Origin: a virus
Taxonomy: Duplodnaviria; Caudoviricetes
IMG/VR virus record: IMGVR_UViG_2791355118_000001
Location: 11,865 to 75,864 of that record
Direction: 5' to 3' (one strand)
Length of the DNA: 64,000 nt
Shown here: in pieces, positions 27,318 to 37,539 of the stretch
Layout: the number at the start of each line of letters is the position of its first letter
How positions within the stretch are numbered: position 1 is the first letter of the stretch
Program-made: the position numbers and the translations under genes
The notes under the pieces: generated by a model
Told to the model about the DNA's origin: nothing
Database searches by the model: none
The model's input: the letters and a program-made list of their open reading frames with translations, nothing else

Positions 27318-29309
27318 ATGCCAGCCACCTCTGAGGCCCAGCGCCGCGCCATGTACGCAGCGGCCGAGGGTCGGGGCGTGCTCGGCATCCCGAAGGCGGT
27401 CGCAGAAGAGTTCATCGGCAAGGACAGCGCGGGCCAGGCGGCCTCGTTGATGCTGGTCGCCCCCGATGGCGACGTCCTGGTGCTCAGGCGCTCGTCGACC
27501 GACACCAGCTGGCCCGGCCATTGGTGCTGGCCCGGTGGCAAGTCGGACGAGGGCGAAACGGCACTCCAGACCGCCCAGCGCGAGACCGAGGAAGAAGCCA
27601 CGGGACCTGAGCTGTTCCTGGAGACCGGCCCCGCTCAGCTGCTCGACGTGCGCCCGACGCCGCAAGGCTGGCTGCACTACACCTATGCCCAGCCGGTGGT
27701 CGAAAAGTTCGCGCCGAAGCTGTCGGCCGAGCATTCCGGCTATGCCTGGGCTCCCCTGCGCTCGCTGCCCGAGCCGCTGCATCCCAGCCTGCGCGACATG
27801 CTGGGCGAGCGGCTTGGTATCGCGGCCGACATGTCGGCCGAAGCATGGGACTCGCTGCGGTCCAACTTCGTGAAGTGGACGAGGGGCGAAGACATCGTGA
27901 TCGAGGGCGCTTGCCCGATTTGCGGCGGCACCGGTGAAGTCGCTGGATCTGGGATCGTGTGCGACGAATGCCGCGGCGCGGGCGCGGTGGCGCAGGCCAA
28001 AGACGCCCTCGCCATGGATCGCAACAGCGTGCGCTCGTTCGACCAGGACGGCCATCTGCGCGTCGAGATGACGCCGATCTCGAAGGCCAACATCTGCCCC
28101 TACTATGGCCGCGAGATCCCGGGCTTCGAGGCGCTGGGGCTCGATCCCGAGCGCATCTATCGCCTCTACCGCGATGCGGACGAGCTCGCGAAAGCCGCCC
28201 CGACCTTCGTCGGCAAGCCGCTCTTGCTCAAGCACATTCCGATCAGCGCCAAGGAGCACCCGCGCGAAGCCGTGGTCGGCGCGCTCGGCGACGCCGTCGA
28301 GTTCCATGCCCCGTATCTCATGGCGCCGCTCAGCATCTGGGACGGCGCTGCAATCGCGCTGATCGAATCCGATCGGCAGAAAGAACTTTCGAGCAGCTAT
28401 CGCTACCGGGCCGACATGACGCCCGGCAGGCTGGCTGGAGAATCCTATGACGGCGTGATGCGGGACATTTCCGCCAATCACGTCGCCTTGGTTGAGGAAG
28501 GCCGCGCCGGGCCTGATGTTGTTGTCGGCGACAGCAAAATGGAGATCATCACGATGAAGAAAACAGCACTGCTGTCGCGCATGGCGTCCGTCGCCCACGG
28601 CGCGATCCTTGCCCACGTCATGCCCAAGCTCGCCAGCGATCAGAAGATCGAATTCAGCGCGGCTCTCGCGGGAGTTACCGCCGAAAACTTCAAGGCCAAG
28701 CGCCCGGCCATCCTCAAGGCAGTCGGCAAGGCCGCCGAGGGCAAGCTCTCCGCCGACGAGAAGCTCGACGGTCTCGAGGCGGTTCTCGTCGCGCTCGACG
28801 AGGTCGAGGTCCAGGAAGCGATGGACGAAGACGACGAGGAGGAGGAGGACAAGAAAAAGAAAGCCGAGGACTCCGAAGAGGAGGAGGACGAGGACGAGAA
28901 GAAGAAAAAGGCCGAGGACGGCGACGAGGACGATGATGACAAGGTCGACAAGAAGGCCATGGACGCGGCAATCGCCGCGGCTGTGGCGCAGGCCAAGACC
29001 GAGGTCCGCGCCGAGATGCTCAAGTCGGCCGCCGAAGTGCGCGCCGCCGAGGAGGCCGTTCGTCCCTACATCGGCAAGCTCGCCATGGCCCATGATAACG
29101 CGGATGCCGTCTATCGCACCGCGCTCACCTCACTCGGCGTCAACATCGATGGTGTCCATCCCTCGGCACTGCCGGCCATTCTCAAGGCCCAGCCGCTACC
29201 TAGCGTCGGCGCACCGAAGAAGCCGGTCGTCGCCCTGGACGCTGCCGGGGTGAACTCGTTCTACGAACTTTTCCCAGCCGCCAAGACCCACATCGTCAAG
29301 TCGCTCTAA
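27318..29309 (+). CDS. NUDIX hydrolase + Zn-finger + DUF2213 (prohead protease/scaffold) fusion
   Basis: Nudix box GGKSDEGETALQTAQRETEEE; CPICGGTG/CDECRGAG; DUF2213 motifs ELSSSY and NHVALVEEGRAG; acidic scaffold region. Confidence 0.85.
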   Translation: MPATSEAQRRAMYAAAEGRGVLGIPKAVAEEFIGKDSAGQAASLMLVAPDGDVLVLRRSSTDTSWPGHWCWPGGKSDEGETALQTAQRETEEEATGPELFLETGPAQLLDVRPTPQGWLHYTYAQPVVEKFAPKLSAEHSGYAWAPLRSLPEPLHPSLRDMLGERLGIAADMSAEAWDSLRSNFVKWTRGEDIVIEGACPICGGTGEVAGSGIVCDECRGAGAVAQAKDALAMDRNSVRSFDQDGHLRVEMTPISKANICPYYGREIPGFEALGLDPERIYRLYRDADELAKAAPTFVGKPLLLKHIPISAKEHPREAVVGALGDAVEFHAPYLMAPLSIWDGAAIALIESDRQKELSSSYRYRADMTPGRLAGESYDGVMRDISANHVALVEEGRAGPDVVVGDSKMEIITMKKTALLSRMASVAHGAILAHVMPKLASDQKIEFSAALAGVTAENFKAKRPAILKAVGKAAEGKLSADEKLDGLEAVLVALDEVEVQEAMDEDDEEEEDKKKKAEDSEEEEDEDEKKKKAEDGDEDDDDKVDKKAMDAAIAAAVAQAKTEVRAEMLKSAAEVRAAEEAVRPYIGKLAMAHDNADAVYRTALTSLGVNIDGVHPSALPAILKAQPLPSVGAPKKPVVALDAAGVNSFYELFPAAKTHIVKSL

Positions 29310-29338
29310 GGCGAGCGGCTTCCCCTTCCAAGCCCGTC

Positions 29339-29364
29339 GAGCCGGCCAGCGAGCCGGCTCTTTT
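29339..29364 (+). terminator. Intrinsic terminator within head operon
   Basis: gagccggc-cagcga-gccggctc-tttt. Confidence 0.6.
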
Positions 29365-29381
29365 CATTTAGGAGATCGCCC

Positions 29382-30332
29382 ATGTCTGGGTTTCAGACGC
29401 AGGTTGCCTACAATCCCGCCCCCGCTGTCGAGGGCGATTTCGCTTCCACCAACCCTCGCTCTACAGTCCTTGCCGCCGCTGGCGCGCTGGTCTGCGGCGC
29501 GCTAGGTGCTGTCATCGGCCGCTTCGCCTGGCTGAATTATGCCCTAGCCGACAGCGACAATGCGCCGGCCGTGGTCAACACCTTCGGCACCGGCCCGGTT
29601 GCCGGCTTCGTCCATCGCGAACAACAGGGCCTCATCGAGCAGTATCTGCAAGAATCAACCATGCTGGTTCCTGCAGGCTTCCCGATCACCATCTTCGATG
29701 CGGGCGATTTCTGGGTGAAGAACAACGGCGCTACGCCGGCGCAGTATGGCATGAAGGTCTATGCCAACTACGCGGATGGAACGGCAACCGCCGCGCCCAC
29801 CGGCACGCCAAATGGCGCGACCGCTTCTGCAGGCTCTATCGCGGCCGCTACCAGTGGCCTCGTCGGCTCGATCAACGGTAATGTATTGGCCGTCACCGCG
29901 CTCAATTCCGGCACGATCTATCCCGGCACAACGATCTCGGGCACCGACGTCGTCTCCGGCACCAAGATCGTACAGCAGCTCACTGGCACCCCCGGCGGTG
30001 TGGGCACGTATGCAGTCAACATCCCCGACCAGGACGTCGACCCCGGTACAGTGATTTCCGGCAACTATGGCGTGTTCACGGCGGGCGGCGCGATCGCAGG
30101 CGTCTTCGGCGTCGGCGACACGCTGACCGGGGCTGGCATCACCGCCGTCACCACGATCACCCAACAGCTCAGCGGCCCGGCCGGCGGCGCTGGCACCTAT
30201 GCCGTCGATGTCAACACCGTCGTCAACGCGGCGGCGCTCACCGCGGCCACCAATGTCGAGACCAAGTGGACCGTGCGTTCCTTCGCGCAGCCCGGCGAGC
30301 TGATGAAGATCAGCTCTTGGCCTCAGGGCTAA
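29382..30332 (+). CDS. Head decoration/cement protein with inserted beta-rich domains
   Basis: Lies between protease and capsid genes; MSGFQTQV...GDFASTNP...GDFWV...ETKW. Confidence 0.75.
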   Translation: MSGFQTQVAYNPAPAVEGDFASTNPRSTVLAAAGALVCGALGAVIGRFAWLNYALADSDNAPAVVNTFGTGPVAGFVHREQQGLIEQYLQESTMLVPAGFPITIFDAGDFWVKNNGATPAQYGMKVYANYADGTATAAPTGTPNGATASAGSIAAATSGLVGSINGNVLAVTALNSGTIYPGTTISGTDVVSGTKIVQQLTGTPGGVGTYAVNIPDQDVDPGTVISGNYGVFTAGGAIAGVFGVGDTLTGAGITAVTTITQQLSGPAGGAGTYAVDVNTVVNAAALTAATNVETKWTVRSFAQPGELMKISSWPQG

Positions 30333-30392
30333 ACCCGCCCGTCAATCTCGAAACCATGCGCCGCAAGCCGGCGATCTGCGAGGATAACCACC

Positions 30393-31487
30393 ATGAAATT
30401 TCACGACTTCGATCAGGCCGCTGCGGCGTGGGCTCAGCATCGCTCGATGTTCGAGCAGGCCGGTATCTACCTTCCCGATGCACGCGCATACATCGTCGAG
30501 GCGTTCCGCACCAATCACCTCGCGATGGATGCACAACCTCAGCTAGCGACAGCACCGAACGCCGGCATTCCGGCGTTCCTCACCACGCTTGTGGATCCTG
30601 AGGTCTACCGCATCCTTTTCGCCCCAACCAAAGCTGCCGAAATCTTCGGCGAAATTCGAAAGGGCACCTGGATCGACCAGACGGCGATGTTCCCCGTCGT
30701 CGAGCAGACCGGCGAAGTGTCGAGCTATGGCGACTACAACGACAACGGCCGAGCCGGCGCCAACATGAATTGGCCGCAGCGCCAGTCGTATCTGTTCCAG
30801 ACGATTTCCGAGTATGGCGAACTGGAGATCGAGCGCGCCGGCCTTGGCCGCGTCAATTGGGTTGGCGAAGTGGATGGCGCCGGCGTCACCGTGCTCGCAC
30901 GATTCCTCAACACGACCTACTTCAAGGGCGTGCAGGGTTTGCAGAACTATGGCCTTCTCAACGACCCGAACCTGGCGGCTCCGATCACCCCGGCGCCGAA
31001 GGCTTACGGCGGTGTGAAATGGATCAACAACGGCCAGATCGTCGCCACCGCGAATGAGATCTATTCCGACCTCCAGTCACTGTGGCTGCAGCTCGTTACC
31101 CAGACAGCCGGCCTGGTCGACCAGAACACCAAGATGACACTGGCCATGTCGCCGGAATCGCAGCTTGCCATGACCGCGACCAATTCGTTCAACGTCAATG
31201 TCGAGGACCTGCTCAAGAAAAACTTCCCGAACCTTCGCGTCGTTTCAGCGGTGCAATATAGGGCGAAGACAGCGATCAACCCGACGGGCATATCAGCCGG
31301 CAACGTGGTTCAGTTCATTGCCGACGGCATCGATGGTCAGCAGACCGGCTATTGTGCGTTCAACGAAAAGCTCCGCGCTCATCCAATCGTGCGCGCGCTC
31401 TCCTCATGGAAGAAGAAAATGTCCAGCGGCACCTGGGGTGCGATCATCCGCCAGCCGATGGGCATCTCTCAGATGCTGGGCGTCTAA
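30393..31487 (+). CDS. Major capsid protein, DUF2184 family
   Basis: AMDAQP...YGDYNDNG...RQSYLFQT...YGLLNDPNL...GTWGAIIRQP. Confidence 0.88.
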   Translation: MKFHDFDQAAAAWAQHRSMFEQAGIYLPDARAYIVEAFRTNHLAMDAQPQLATAPNAGIPAFLTTLVDPEVYRILFAPTKAAEIFGEIRKGTWIDQTAMFPVVEQTGEVSSYGDYNDNGRAGANMNWPQRQSYLFQTISEYGELEIERAGLGRVNWVGEVDGAGVTVLARFLNTTYFKGVQGLQNYGLLNDPNLAAPITPAPKAYGGVKWINNGQIVATANEIYSDLQSLWLQLVTQTAGLVDQNTKMTLAMSPESQLAMTATNSFNVNVEDLLKKNFPNLRVVSAVQYRAKTAINPTGISAGNVVQFIADGIDGQQTGYCAFNEKLRAHPIVRALSSWKKKMSSGTWGAIIRQPMGISQMLGV

Positions 31488-31621
31488 CGATCCTACAACG
31501 CTTGGTGCCGGATCGTAACCGTTCTGGCACCAAAGCGTGAAGCGGGGTGGAGCAGCCCGGTAGCCCGCCTGGTCGAATCGGACCCCAGGCTGCGCGAAAC
31601 TCGGCCACGGCTAGGAAGACG

Positions 31622-31646
31622 GGAACCATGCGGGCATTCGGCGGTT
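31622..31646 (+). promoter_or_regulatory. Possible EcfG-type promoter GGAAC-N16-GGTT
   Basis: Upstream of the HWE kinase gene. Confidence 0.45.
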
Positions 31647-31719
31647 TACCGTTCACCCATGCTGAAGGTCGGTTGTTTGGGCCGCGGGGTGCGTGCCGGC
31701 CATGTGCCGGAGGCCACGC

Positions 31720-33122
31720 GTGCAAAACGGTGACAAACAAGACGAAAAAGGCGAAGGTCAGCGGCCGCTCAGTGATAGCGACCTGTTGCAGCTCATCTTT
31801 GACAGCGCGACCGACTTTGCGATCTTCACCATGGATCCCAACGGCATCACCACGAGCTGGAACGTGGGTGCCGAGCGCGTGCTCGGCTATGCCGATGAGG
31901 AGATCATCGGGAAGTCTGCCGATGTAGCCTTTCCTCCCGAGGAGGGCGGAACGAGCGCAGCCGCGGAGGAGCGCCGGATCGCACTCGCGGAAGGGCGAGC
32001 CGAGGACGAGCGCTGGCAGATGAAGAAGGACGGCACGCGGTTCTGGGCGTCGGGGCTGATGATGCCGCTCGGGGACAGAACCCGAGGTTACGTCAAAATC
32101 CTACGCGACCGGACCGCCCAGCACCGTGCTGAAGTGCAGCTTCAGCAGAGCGAAGAGTTATTCCGGCTCCTCGCAACCAATATCCCGCAGCTAGTCTTCC
32201 GCTCGAAGGTGAACGGTGACCGGACGTGGGGTAGTCCACAGTCACGGGCTTGGCCTTTGCCGAGAGCGTCGGCTTCGGCTGGCTCGATGCCGTCCATCCT
32301 GAGGATCACGACGCGACGATGACGGCATGGGCTGAGGCGCCGAGCAAAGGCGAATACTATTGCGAGCACCGCATCCGCCGATCGGCCGATGGCGAGTATC
32401 GCTGGCACCAGACCCGTGCCGCCCCCCTGGACGACGCCGGCGGGGCCGCACTCGAATGGGTCGGAACCTCCTCCGACATCCATGACCTGCGCACGCTCAA
32501 AGACCAGCAGAAGGTGCTTTTGGCCGAGCTTCAGCACCGCACGCGCAACCTGATTGCGGTCGTCCAATCACTCGCACGGCAGACGATGCGGTCAAGCGCG
32601 TCGCTGGAGGAGTTTGCGGAGGATTACGAGAGCCGGTTACGCGCGCTTTCGCGCGTCCAAGGATTGCTCGCGCGCGCCGACCATCAGCCGATCGACCTGC
32701 GCGAACTGATCCAAGGCGAGCTCCACGCGCACGGCGACGGAAGCGTGGACGGGGGCAACGTCACGATCGAAGGCCCCGCGACCTCGTTGCCGGCCATCTC
32801 CGCGCAATCCGTAGCGCTCGCGCTGCACGAACTCGCGACGAACGCGGTGAAGTACGGCGCTCTTCACCAACCGTCGGGCCGGCTCACCGTCAGGTGGAAC
32901 ATAGAGCACGACGGGTCGAAGCCACGCGCGAGACTTGAATGGCGCGAGAGCGGCGTCACCATGCCGGAGGGCGGACCCACGCGGAGGGGCTACGGCAGCG
33001 AACTGATCGAGCGGGCGCTTCCCTACCAGCTCGGCGCTAAGACGAAGTTCGAGTTCGGATCGGACGGGGTGCGCTGCGAGATCGTCGTACCGGTGACCAA
33101 GGATGAGAAGCAATATGGATGA
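31720..33122 (+). pseudogene. PAS-PAS-HWE histidine kinase, frameshifted near 32242
   Basis: PAS motifs (SWNVGAERVLGY; GWLDAVHPED), ELQHRTRNL H-box, LHELATNAVKYGAL, LEWRESG. Frame changes right after WGSPQ, where several residues appear deleted. Confidence 0.85.
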
Positions 33123-33486
33123 GCCGCAACCCGATGCCCTGCGGGGCCGCCGTCTTCTTGTGGTTGAGGACGAGTACATGATCGCTGCTGACCTCGCCCG
33201 CGATCTGGAAGACAGAGGCGCGAACGTAATCGGCCCGGTGGGCTCAATCGAGGATGCGCTTGAGCTGCTCGGGGCGGAAGACCGGATCGACGGCGCCGTG
33301 CTCGACCTCAACCTGCGCGGCGAACGCGCCTTCCCTATCGCGGACGCGCTTCGCGAACGTGAAGTGCCCTTCATCTTTGCCACGGGTTACGATGCCTGGT
33401 CCATTCCTGAAGCGTACGCCGAAGTGCCGCGCATCGAGAAGCCGATCGACACCCGAGCGCTCGCACGCCTTCTATCGCTGGGCTAG
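33115..33486 (+). CDS. Single-domain response regulator
   Basis: LLVVEDE...AVLDLNL...FIFATGY...EKP. Confidence 0.9.
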   Translation: MDEPQPDALRGRRLLVVEDEYMIAADLARDLEDRGANVIGPVGSIEDALELLGAEDRIDGAVLDLNLRGERAFPIADALREREVPFIFATGYDAWSIPEAYAEVPRIEKPIDTRALARLLSLG

Positions 33487-33782
33487 TGGTCGGGGAGAAC
33501 ATAATGCCTATCCACTTAGCTCTTCACGGATAGTAGTTTGCGGATGCTGCTTGCGAGGGTGCCTGTTCCACAGGCGCTGAGCCAGGCGTGACACCTGGGA
33601 TCCGCTGCAATCTCGCTATCCGAACTTGATCTTGATGATCTTCCACACGCCTACCAGCAGCGCGCTGATCGGCCAGCTAAAGCGTCAGGCCCCCAGTCTG
33701 AAAACCTCTCCCGTGCCGCCCTCTCGAGGCAGGGGGCCGGCATCGGCGACTTGAACCGCTTTCCACCAACCGGAGCAAATCG

Positions 33783-34214
33783 ATGTCCACCACTGTCACC
33801 GTCGCCTGCAAGCTGCCGCACGGCCTAATCCTGCGCCTTCACGAGATGGTCGAGCAGAACGAACCGACCGCCGGCGGCAGCTTCCGCAAGGTGAAACGCG
33901 CCCAGGTGATCGGCGAGCCGGTCGTCCTGAAAGGCTATCTGCGCCGCTTCGACCGCCGCAAAGAGCCCGCCCCGATGGCGCAAGACAGCGACTACGCCCT
34001 GACCTATGGGGTCGATGCCGATTTCTTTAAGAAGTGGCTCGAGCAGAACAAGGACCTCGACGCGGTCAGGAACAACCTCGTCTGGGCGCACGTCGAGACC
34101 GACATGGTCGAGGACTTTATCAAAGAACATGAGGCACAGAAGTCGGGTCTCGAACCGATCGATCCGAACAACCTGCCGCGCGGCATCCAGGCCTTCAAGA
34201 AGGAAGAAGCCTGA
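33783..34214 (+). CDS. Phage structural-module hypothetical protein
   Basis: VTVACKLPHGL...GLEPIDP; SD GGAG; post-capsid position. Confidence 0.75.
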   Translation: MSTTVTVACKLPHGLILRLHEMVEQNEPTAGGSFRKVKRAQVIGEPVVLKGYLRRFDRRKEPAPMAQDSDYALTYGVDADFFKKWLEQNKDLDAVRNNLVWAHVETDMVEDFIKEHEAQKSGLEPIDPNNLPRGIQAFKKEEA

Positions 34215-34247
34215 GCCAGGTGACGCCGGCGAACACGGGAGGTCCGC

Positions 34248-34673
34248 ATGGGCGTCATTGTCGCTTTCAGCTATGAGGACTTCATAGCCATCTACCCGCA
34301 GTTCGCGACGCTCAGCCAGCCGCAGGTTTTGCAGGGCGCGCTGCCGGTCGCGGTTCTCTATTGCCGCAATGATGGCGGTGGCCCCGTCACCAAGGCCGAG
34401 ACGCAGACTACGCTGCTCAATCTCATGGTGGCTCACATCTGCCAGCTCATGTACGGCGCCAACGGTCAGGCGCCGGCCGGGATCGTGGGACGCGTCTCAA
34501 ATGCTACCGAGGGCAGCGTATCGGTACAGGCCGACTTCCCCGTAACGCCAAACAACGCCTGGTTCATGCAAACCCCATTCGGCGCGGCCTACCGGCAGGC
34601 CACTGCCGCCTACCGGACCATGCGCTACATGCCCGGGCCGCGCCGCGCGTTCAACCCGTGGCTCAATCAGTAA
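34248..34673 (+). CDS. Head-tail connector, DUF4054 family
   Basis: F...YPQF...LMVAHI...GRVSNATEGSVSV...QTPFG. Confidence 0.85.
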   Translation: MGVIVAFSYEDFIAIYPQFATLSQPQVLQGALPVAVLYCRNDGGGPVTKAETQTTLLNLMVAHICQLMYGANGQAPAGIVGRVSNATEGSVSVQADFPVTPNNAWFMQTPFGAAYRQATAAYRTMRYMPGPRRAFNPWLNQ

Positions 34674-34685
34674 AGGACATCGTCC

Positions 34686-35057
34686 ATGGACCTCCTCCAG
34701 CAATTGCAGCGCGAGTTCCGCGCCTTCCGCAAGCACGCCGAAGATCGCATCCAGACCCTTGAGCGCAGCCTGCGCCTCGCTTCCCAGGCACCTCTTGTGG
34801 ATCCGCCGGAGAGGCCCGCCACCTCCACGGCGGCCGCAGATTGCGCGCCCGGCGCGACCGGCGCGACCGCGACCACTGGTGCCACCGGCGCCACCGGCGC
34901 GGCGGTTGAAAGCGGAGCGACGGGTTCCGCGGCCGACGCCGGCGCGACTGGTGTCACCGGAGCGACCGGCCCCGCCGATCCCGCCGTTGATGCGAAGGGA
35001 AAGGCAAAGGCGAAAGCCGCCGATCAGCCCGCCGATCAGAGCGCACCTGGCGCGTAA
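34686..35057 (+). CDS. Short collagen-like (G-A-T repeat) protein
   Basis: Repeated GATGAT triplets after an N-terminal coiled coil. Confidence 0.65.
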   Translation: MDLLQQLQREFRAFRKHAEDRIQTLERSLRLASQAPLVDPPERPATSTAAADCAPGATGATATTGATGATGAAVESGATGSAADAGATGVTGATGPADPAVDAKGKAKAKAADQPADQSAPGA

Positions 35058-35061
35058 AGCG

Positions 35062-35505
35062 ATGGTGAAGCTTTCCGGCGGCGATAAGCTCGCCGCGAAG
35101 CTGGCCGAGATCGCGAAGAACCTCCAGAAAGCCGTGTCGGTCGACGTCGGCTTCCTGGAGGGCGCGACCTATCCTGACGGCACCTCCGTCCCGCTAGTTG
35201 CAGCGCTGAATGAATTTGGCACCCGCGACACGCCGCCCCGCCCGTTCTTCAGGGGCATGATCGCGGACAAGAGCCCCGAATGGCCCGACGCCGTGAGGGA
35301 CCTCCTGGCCGCGAACGGCTACGACGCCGAAAAGACGCTGGGCCAGACGGGCGAGGCCATCAAGGGCCAGTTGCAGGCGGCGATCACCGCCTATGACGGC
35401 CCGCCGCTGCAGCCCGCCACCATCGCCCGCAAGGGCAACGACAAGCAGCTCGTCGACACCGGCCACATGCTGGCGTCGGTCGACTATGCCGTCAAGAAAT
35501 CCTGA
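35062..35505 (+). CDS. Neck/tail-completion protein (virion morphogenesis family)
   Basis: VGFLEGATYP...NEFGT...PPRPFFR...LVDTGHM. Confidence 0.8.
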   Translation: MVKLSGGDKLAAKLAEIAKNLQKAVSVDVGFLEGATYPDGTSVPLVAALNEFGTRDTPPRPFFRGMIADKSPEWPDAVRDLLAANGYDAEKTLGQTGEAIKGQLQAAITAYDGPPLQPATIARKGNDKQLVDTGHMLASVDYAVKKS

Positions 35506-35522
35506 ACCCGGAGACCACCACG

Positions 35523-36104
35523 ATGAGGGCCGTCCTTTTTTCGAGCAACCTCGGCGACATTCCAGCCGACCTTGCATTCAAGAACAACTTCGCGGCCGTG
35601 ACCGATCCAGCCGCCGCTAACGACTCGAGCGAGGGTTATCAGGTCGGTTCGGCCTGGGTGAACACCGCGACCGACACCGCGTTTGTCTGCGTCGATGCGA
35701 CCCCTGGCGCGGCCATCTGGACGGCCACCGCACAGGTCGGCAGCACGCAGGGCGCCCCGGCAGCGCACACCGTCTCCGGCACGCTCACGCCCGCCGATCT
35801 GCTCACGCGCATCATCACCATCCAGCAGGGCGCCGGCGCTGCCTCAGTGCAGCAGCTCCCGACCGGTGCAGCGCTCCAGGCAGCGCTGCCGGCCGACTTT
35901 GAGGCCAACGAATCCTTCGACGTCTCGGTGATCAACACCTCCATCGTCGATGCCGAGGATGCCACCATCACCACCAACGCCGGCATGACGCTGGTCGGTT
36001 CGATGGACTTCCCGGCGCATAGCAGCGCCACGATCCCGTCGAGCGGCATCCTGCGCTTCCGCAACACGGGCGCCGGCACCTTCACGGTCTACCGCGTCGG
36101 CTGA
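35523..36104 (+). CDS. Putative virion decoration/fibre protein
   Basis: Ala/Thr-rich beta protein in the neck module; DSSEGYQVGSAWVN motif. Confidence 0.6.
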   Translation: MRAVLFSSNLGDIPADLAFKNNFAAVTDPAAANDSSEGYQVGSAWVNTATDTAFVCVDATPGAAIWTATAQVGSTQGAPAAHTVSGTLTPADLLTRIITIQQGAGAASVQQLPTGAALQAALPADFEANESFDVSVINTSIVDAEDATITTNAGMTLVGSMDFPAHSSATIPSSGILRFRNTGAGTFTVYRVG

Positions 36105-36110
36105 TCGACC

Positions 36111-36503
36111 ATGAACCTGCACGGGATCGTCTCGGCGGCGATCGGGACGGTGAACCCGTTCGTGACCGCCACGCTGAAACGGTCCAGCGGCTACACCACG
36201 GCGGCCGACGGCACGCGCACCCCGAGCTTTGTCGACGTGCCCGGCGTCTCTCTGCAGGCGCAGTCGCTTACCTACAACGATCTGCAGCTGCTCGACGGGC
36301 TCAACATTCAGGGCGTGCGCCGCGCCGTCTACCTCAACGGTTCGGCCCTCGGCGTGGTGCGAGAGCTGCAAGTCGGCGGCGATCTCTTTGTCTTCCCCGC
36401 CGGCACTTTCCCGGAAGGCGACACCTGGCTCGTAGCACTCGTGCTCGAGTCGTGGCCCGACTGGTGCAAGTGCGCCCTGACCCTGCAAATGGATGGAGCC
36501 TGA
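36111..36503 (+). CDS. Head-tail adaptor/closure protein
   Basis: MNLHGIV...GGDLF...WLV..VLESWPDW. Confidence 0.75.
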   Translation: MNLHGIVSAAIGTVNPFVTATLKRSSGYTTAADGTRTPSFVDVPGVSLQAQSLTYNDLQLLDGLNIQGVRRAVYLNGSALGVVRELQVGGDLFVFPAGTFPEGDTWLVALVLESWPDWCKCALTLQMDGA

Positions 36504-36504
36504 T

Positions 36505-36777
36505 ATGGCGAACGGAACCTTCATGGTGCCATGCCCCGCCGGCCAGTGGACTAAGGTCGCCGACGGGGCCAACTATTCATCGGCGCTGTTGCAGGTGACC
36601 AGCATAGGCGGCGTGATGGCAGCGATCGCCGACAGCCAGCCGGCGGCGGATGCCTCGAATTGCGTCCTGCTCTCCCAGAGCTTCGTTCCGTTCCCGCTCG
36701 CGGCCGGCGACCAGGTGTGGTGCCAGCCGGTCGGCGCCGGCGAGGCCACGGTGCGCGGGATCGGCACCAGCGTCTGA
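36505..36777 (+). CDS. Small virion protein
   Basis: SD GGAG; coupled (TGATG) to the next gene. Confidence 0.6.
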   Translation: MANGTFMVPCPAGQWTKVADGANYSSALLQVTSIGGVMAAIADSQPAADASNCVLLSQSFVPFPLAAGDQVWCQPVGAGEATVRGIGTSV

Positions 36778-37508
36778 TGAGCGGCCCGGTCCCCAGCCAG
36801 TCTGGCATCCAGACGGTCCTGCGCGGCTTTCTGCTGCAATACCTGCCTGCCGGCGTCGAAGTGATATCGGCGCAAGACGACCGGGTCCCGGAGCCGGCTG
36901 GCGATTTCGTCACAATGACCGTGAGCCATCGCGGTCGCCTCTCGACCAACGTCGACACCTATCAGGACTGCGCCTTTGAGGCCTCGATCGCGGATACGGT
37001 GATGACCGTCACTCAGGTCGCGTTCGGCGCGCTGCTGGTGGGGGCGACCGTCTTCGGAACACAGGTGACTGCCGGCACGCTCGTCAGCGAGCAGACGAGC
37101 GGCACGCCGGGCGGCATTGGATCCTACACGGTCACGCCGGCGCAGACCGTGGCGGCGCAGACGCTCTCGAGCGGCGCCGAGACCATCACGCAGCCGACCG
37201 ACGTCGTCATCCAGCTCGACGTGCACAGCGCCTCGGATGGCAGCGCTTCCGACATGGCGCAGACGATCGCCACGCTGATCCGCGATGAGCGGGCGACACG
37301 ATACTTCGCCGACGCCGGCCTGGATGGCGCGCCGCTCTATGCCGACGATCCCAAGCAGGTCCCGTTCTTCAACGGCGAGCAGCAATACGAGACCCGCTAT
37401 GTCGTCGACGTGCATCTGCAGGCCAACCAGGCAATCGGCCTGCCACAGCAATTCGCCGACCAGGCCGTGGTCGACGTCGCCAACGTCGAAGCGACCTTCC
37501 CGGCCTGA
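36777..37508 (+). CDS. Tail terminator/neck protein with inserted beta-domain
   Basis: Immediately before sheath; PLYADDPKQ...EQQYETRY. Confidence 0.75.
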   Translation: MSGPVPSQSGIQTVLRGFLLQYLPAGVEVISAQDDRVPEPAGDFVTMTVSHRGRLSTNVDTYQDCAFEASIADTVMTVTQVAFGALLVGATVFGTQVTAGTLVSEQTSGTPGGIGSYTVTPAQTVAAQTLSSGAETITQPTDVVIQLDVHSASDGSASDMAQTIATLIRDERATRYFADAGLDGAPLYADDPKQVPFFNGEQQYETRYVVDVHLQANQAIGLPQQFADQAVVDVANVEATFPA

Positions 37509-37539
37509 CCCCTCAATCGAAACAGAAAGGACCTGGTCC

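Noticed and set aside
28820-28945. GAG/GAC/AAG-rich low-complexity repeat
   Set aside because: Encodes the acidic/lysine-rich scaffold linker of the DUF2213 protein.
27285-29093. Long antisense ORFs (e.g. 602 aa here, 617 aa at 37513, 511 aa at 21837)
   Set aside because: Shadow frames opposite well-supported high-GC genes, with no recognisable motifs.
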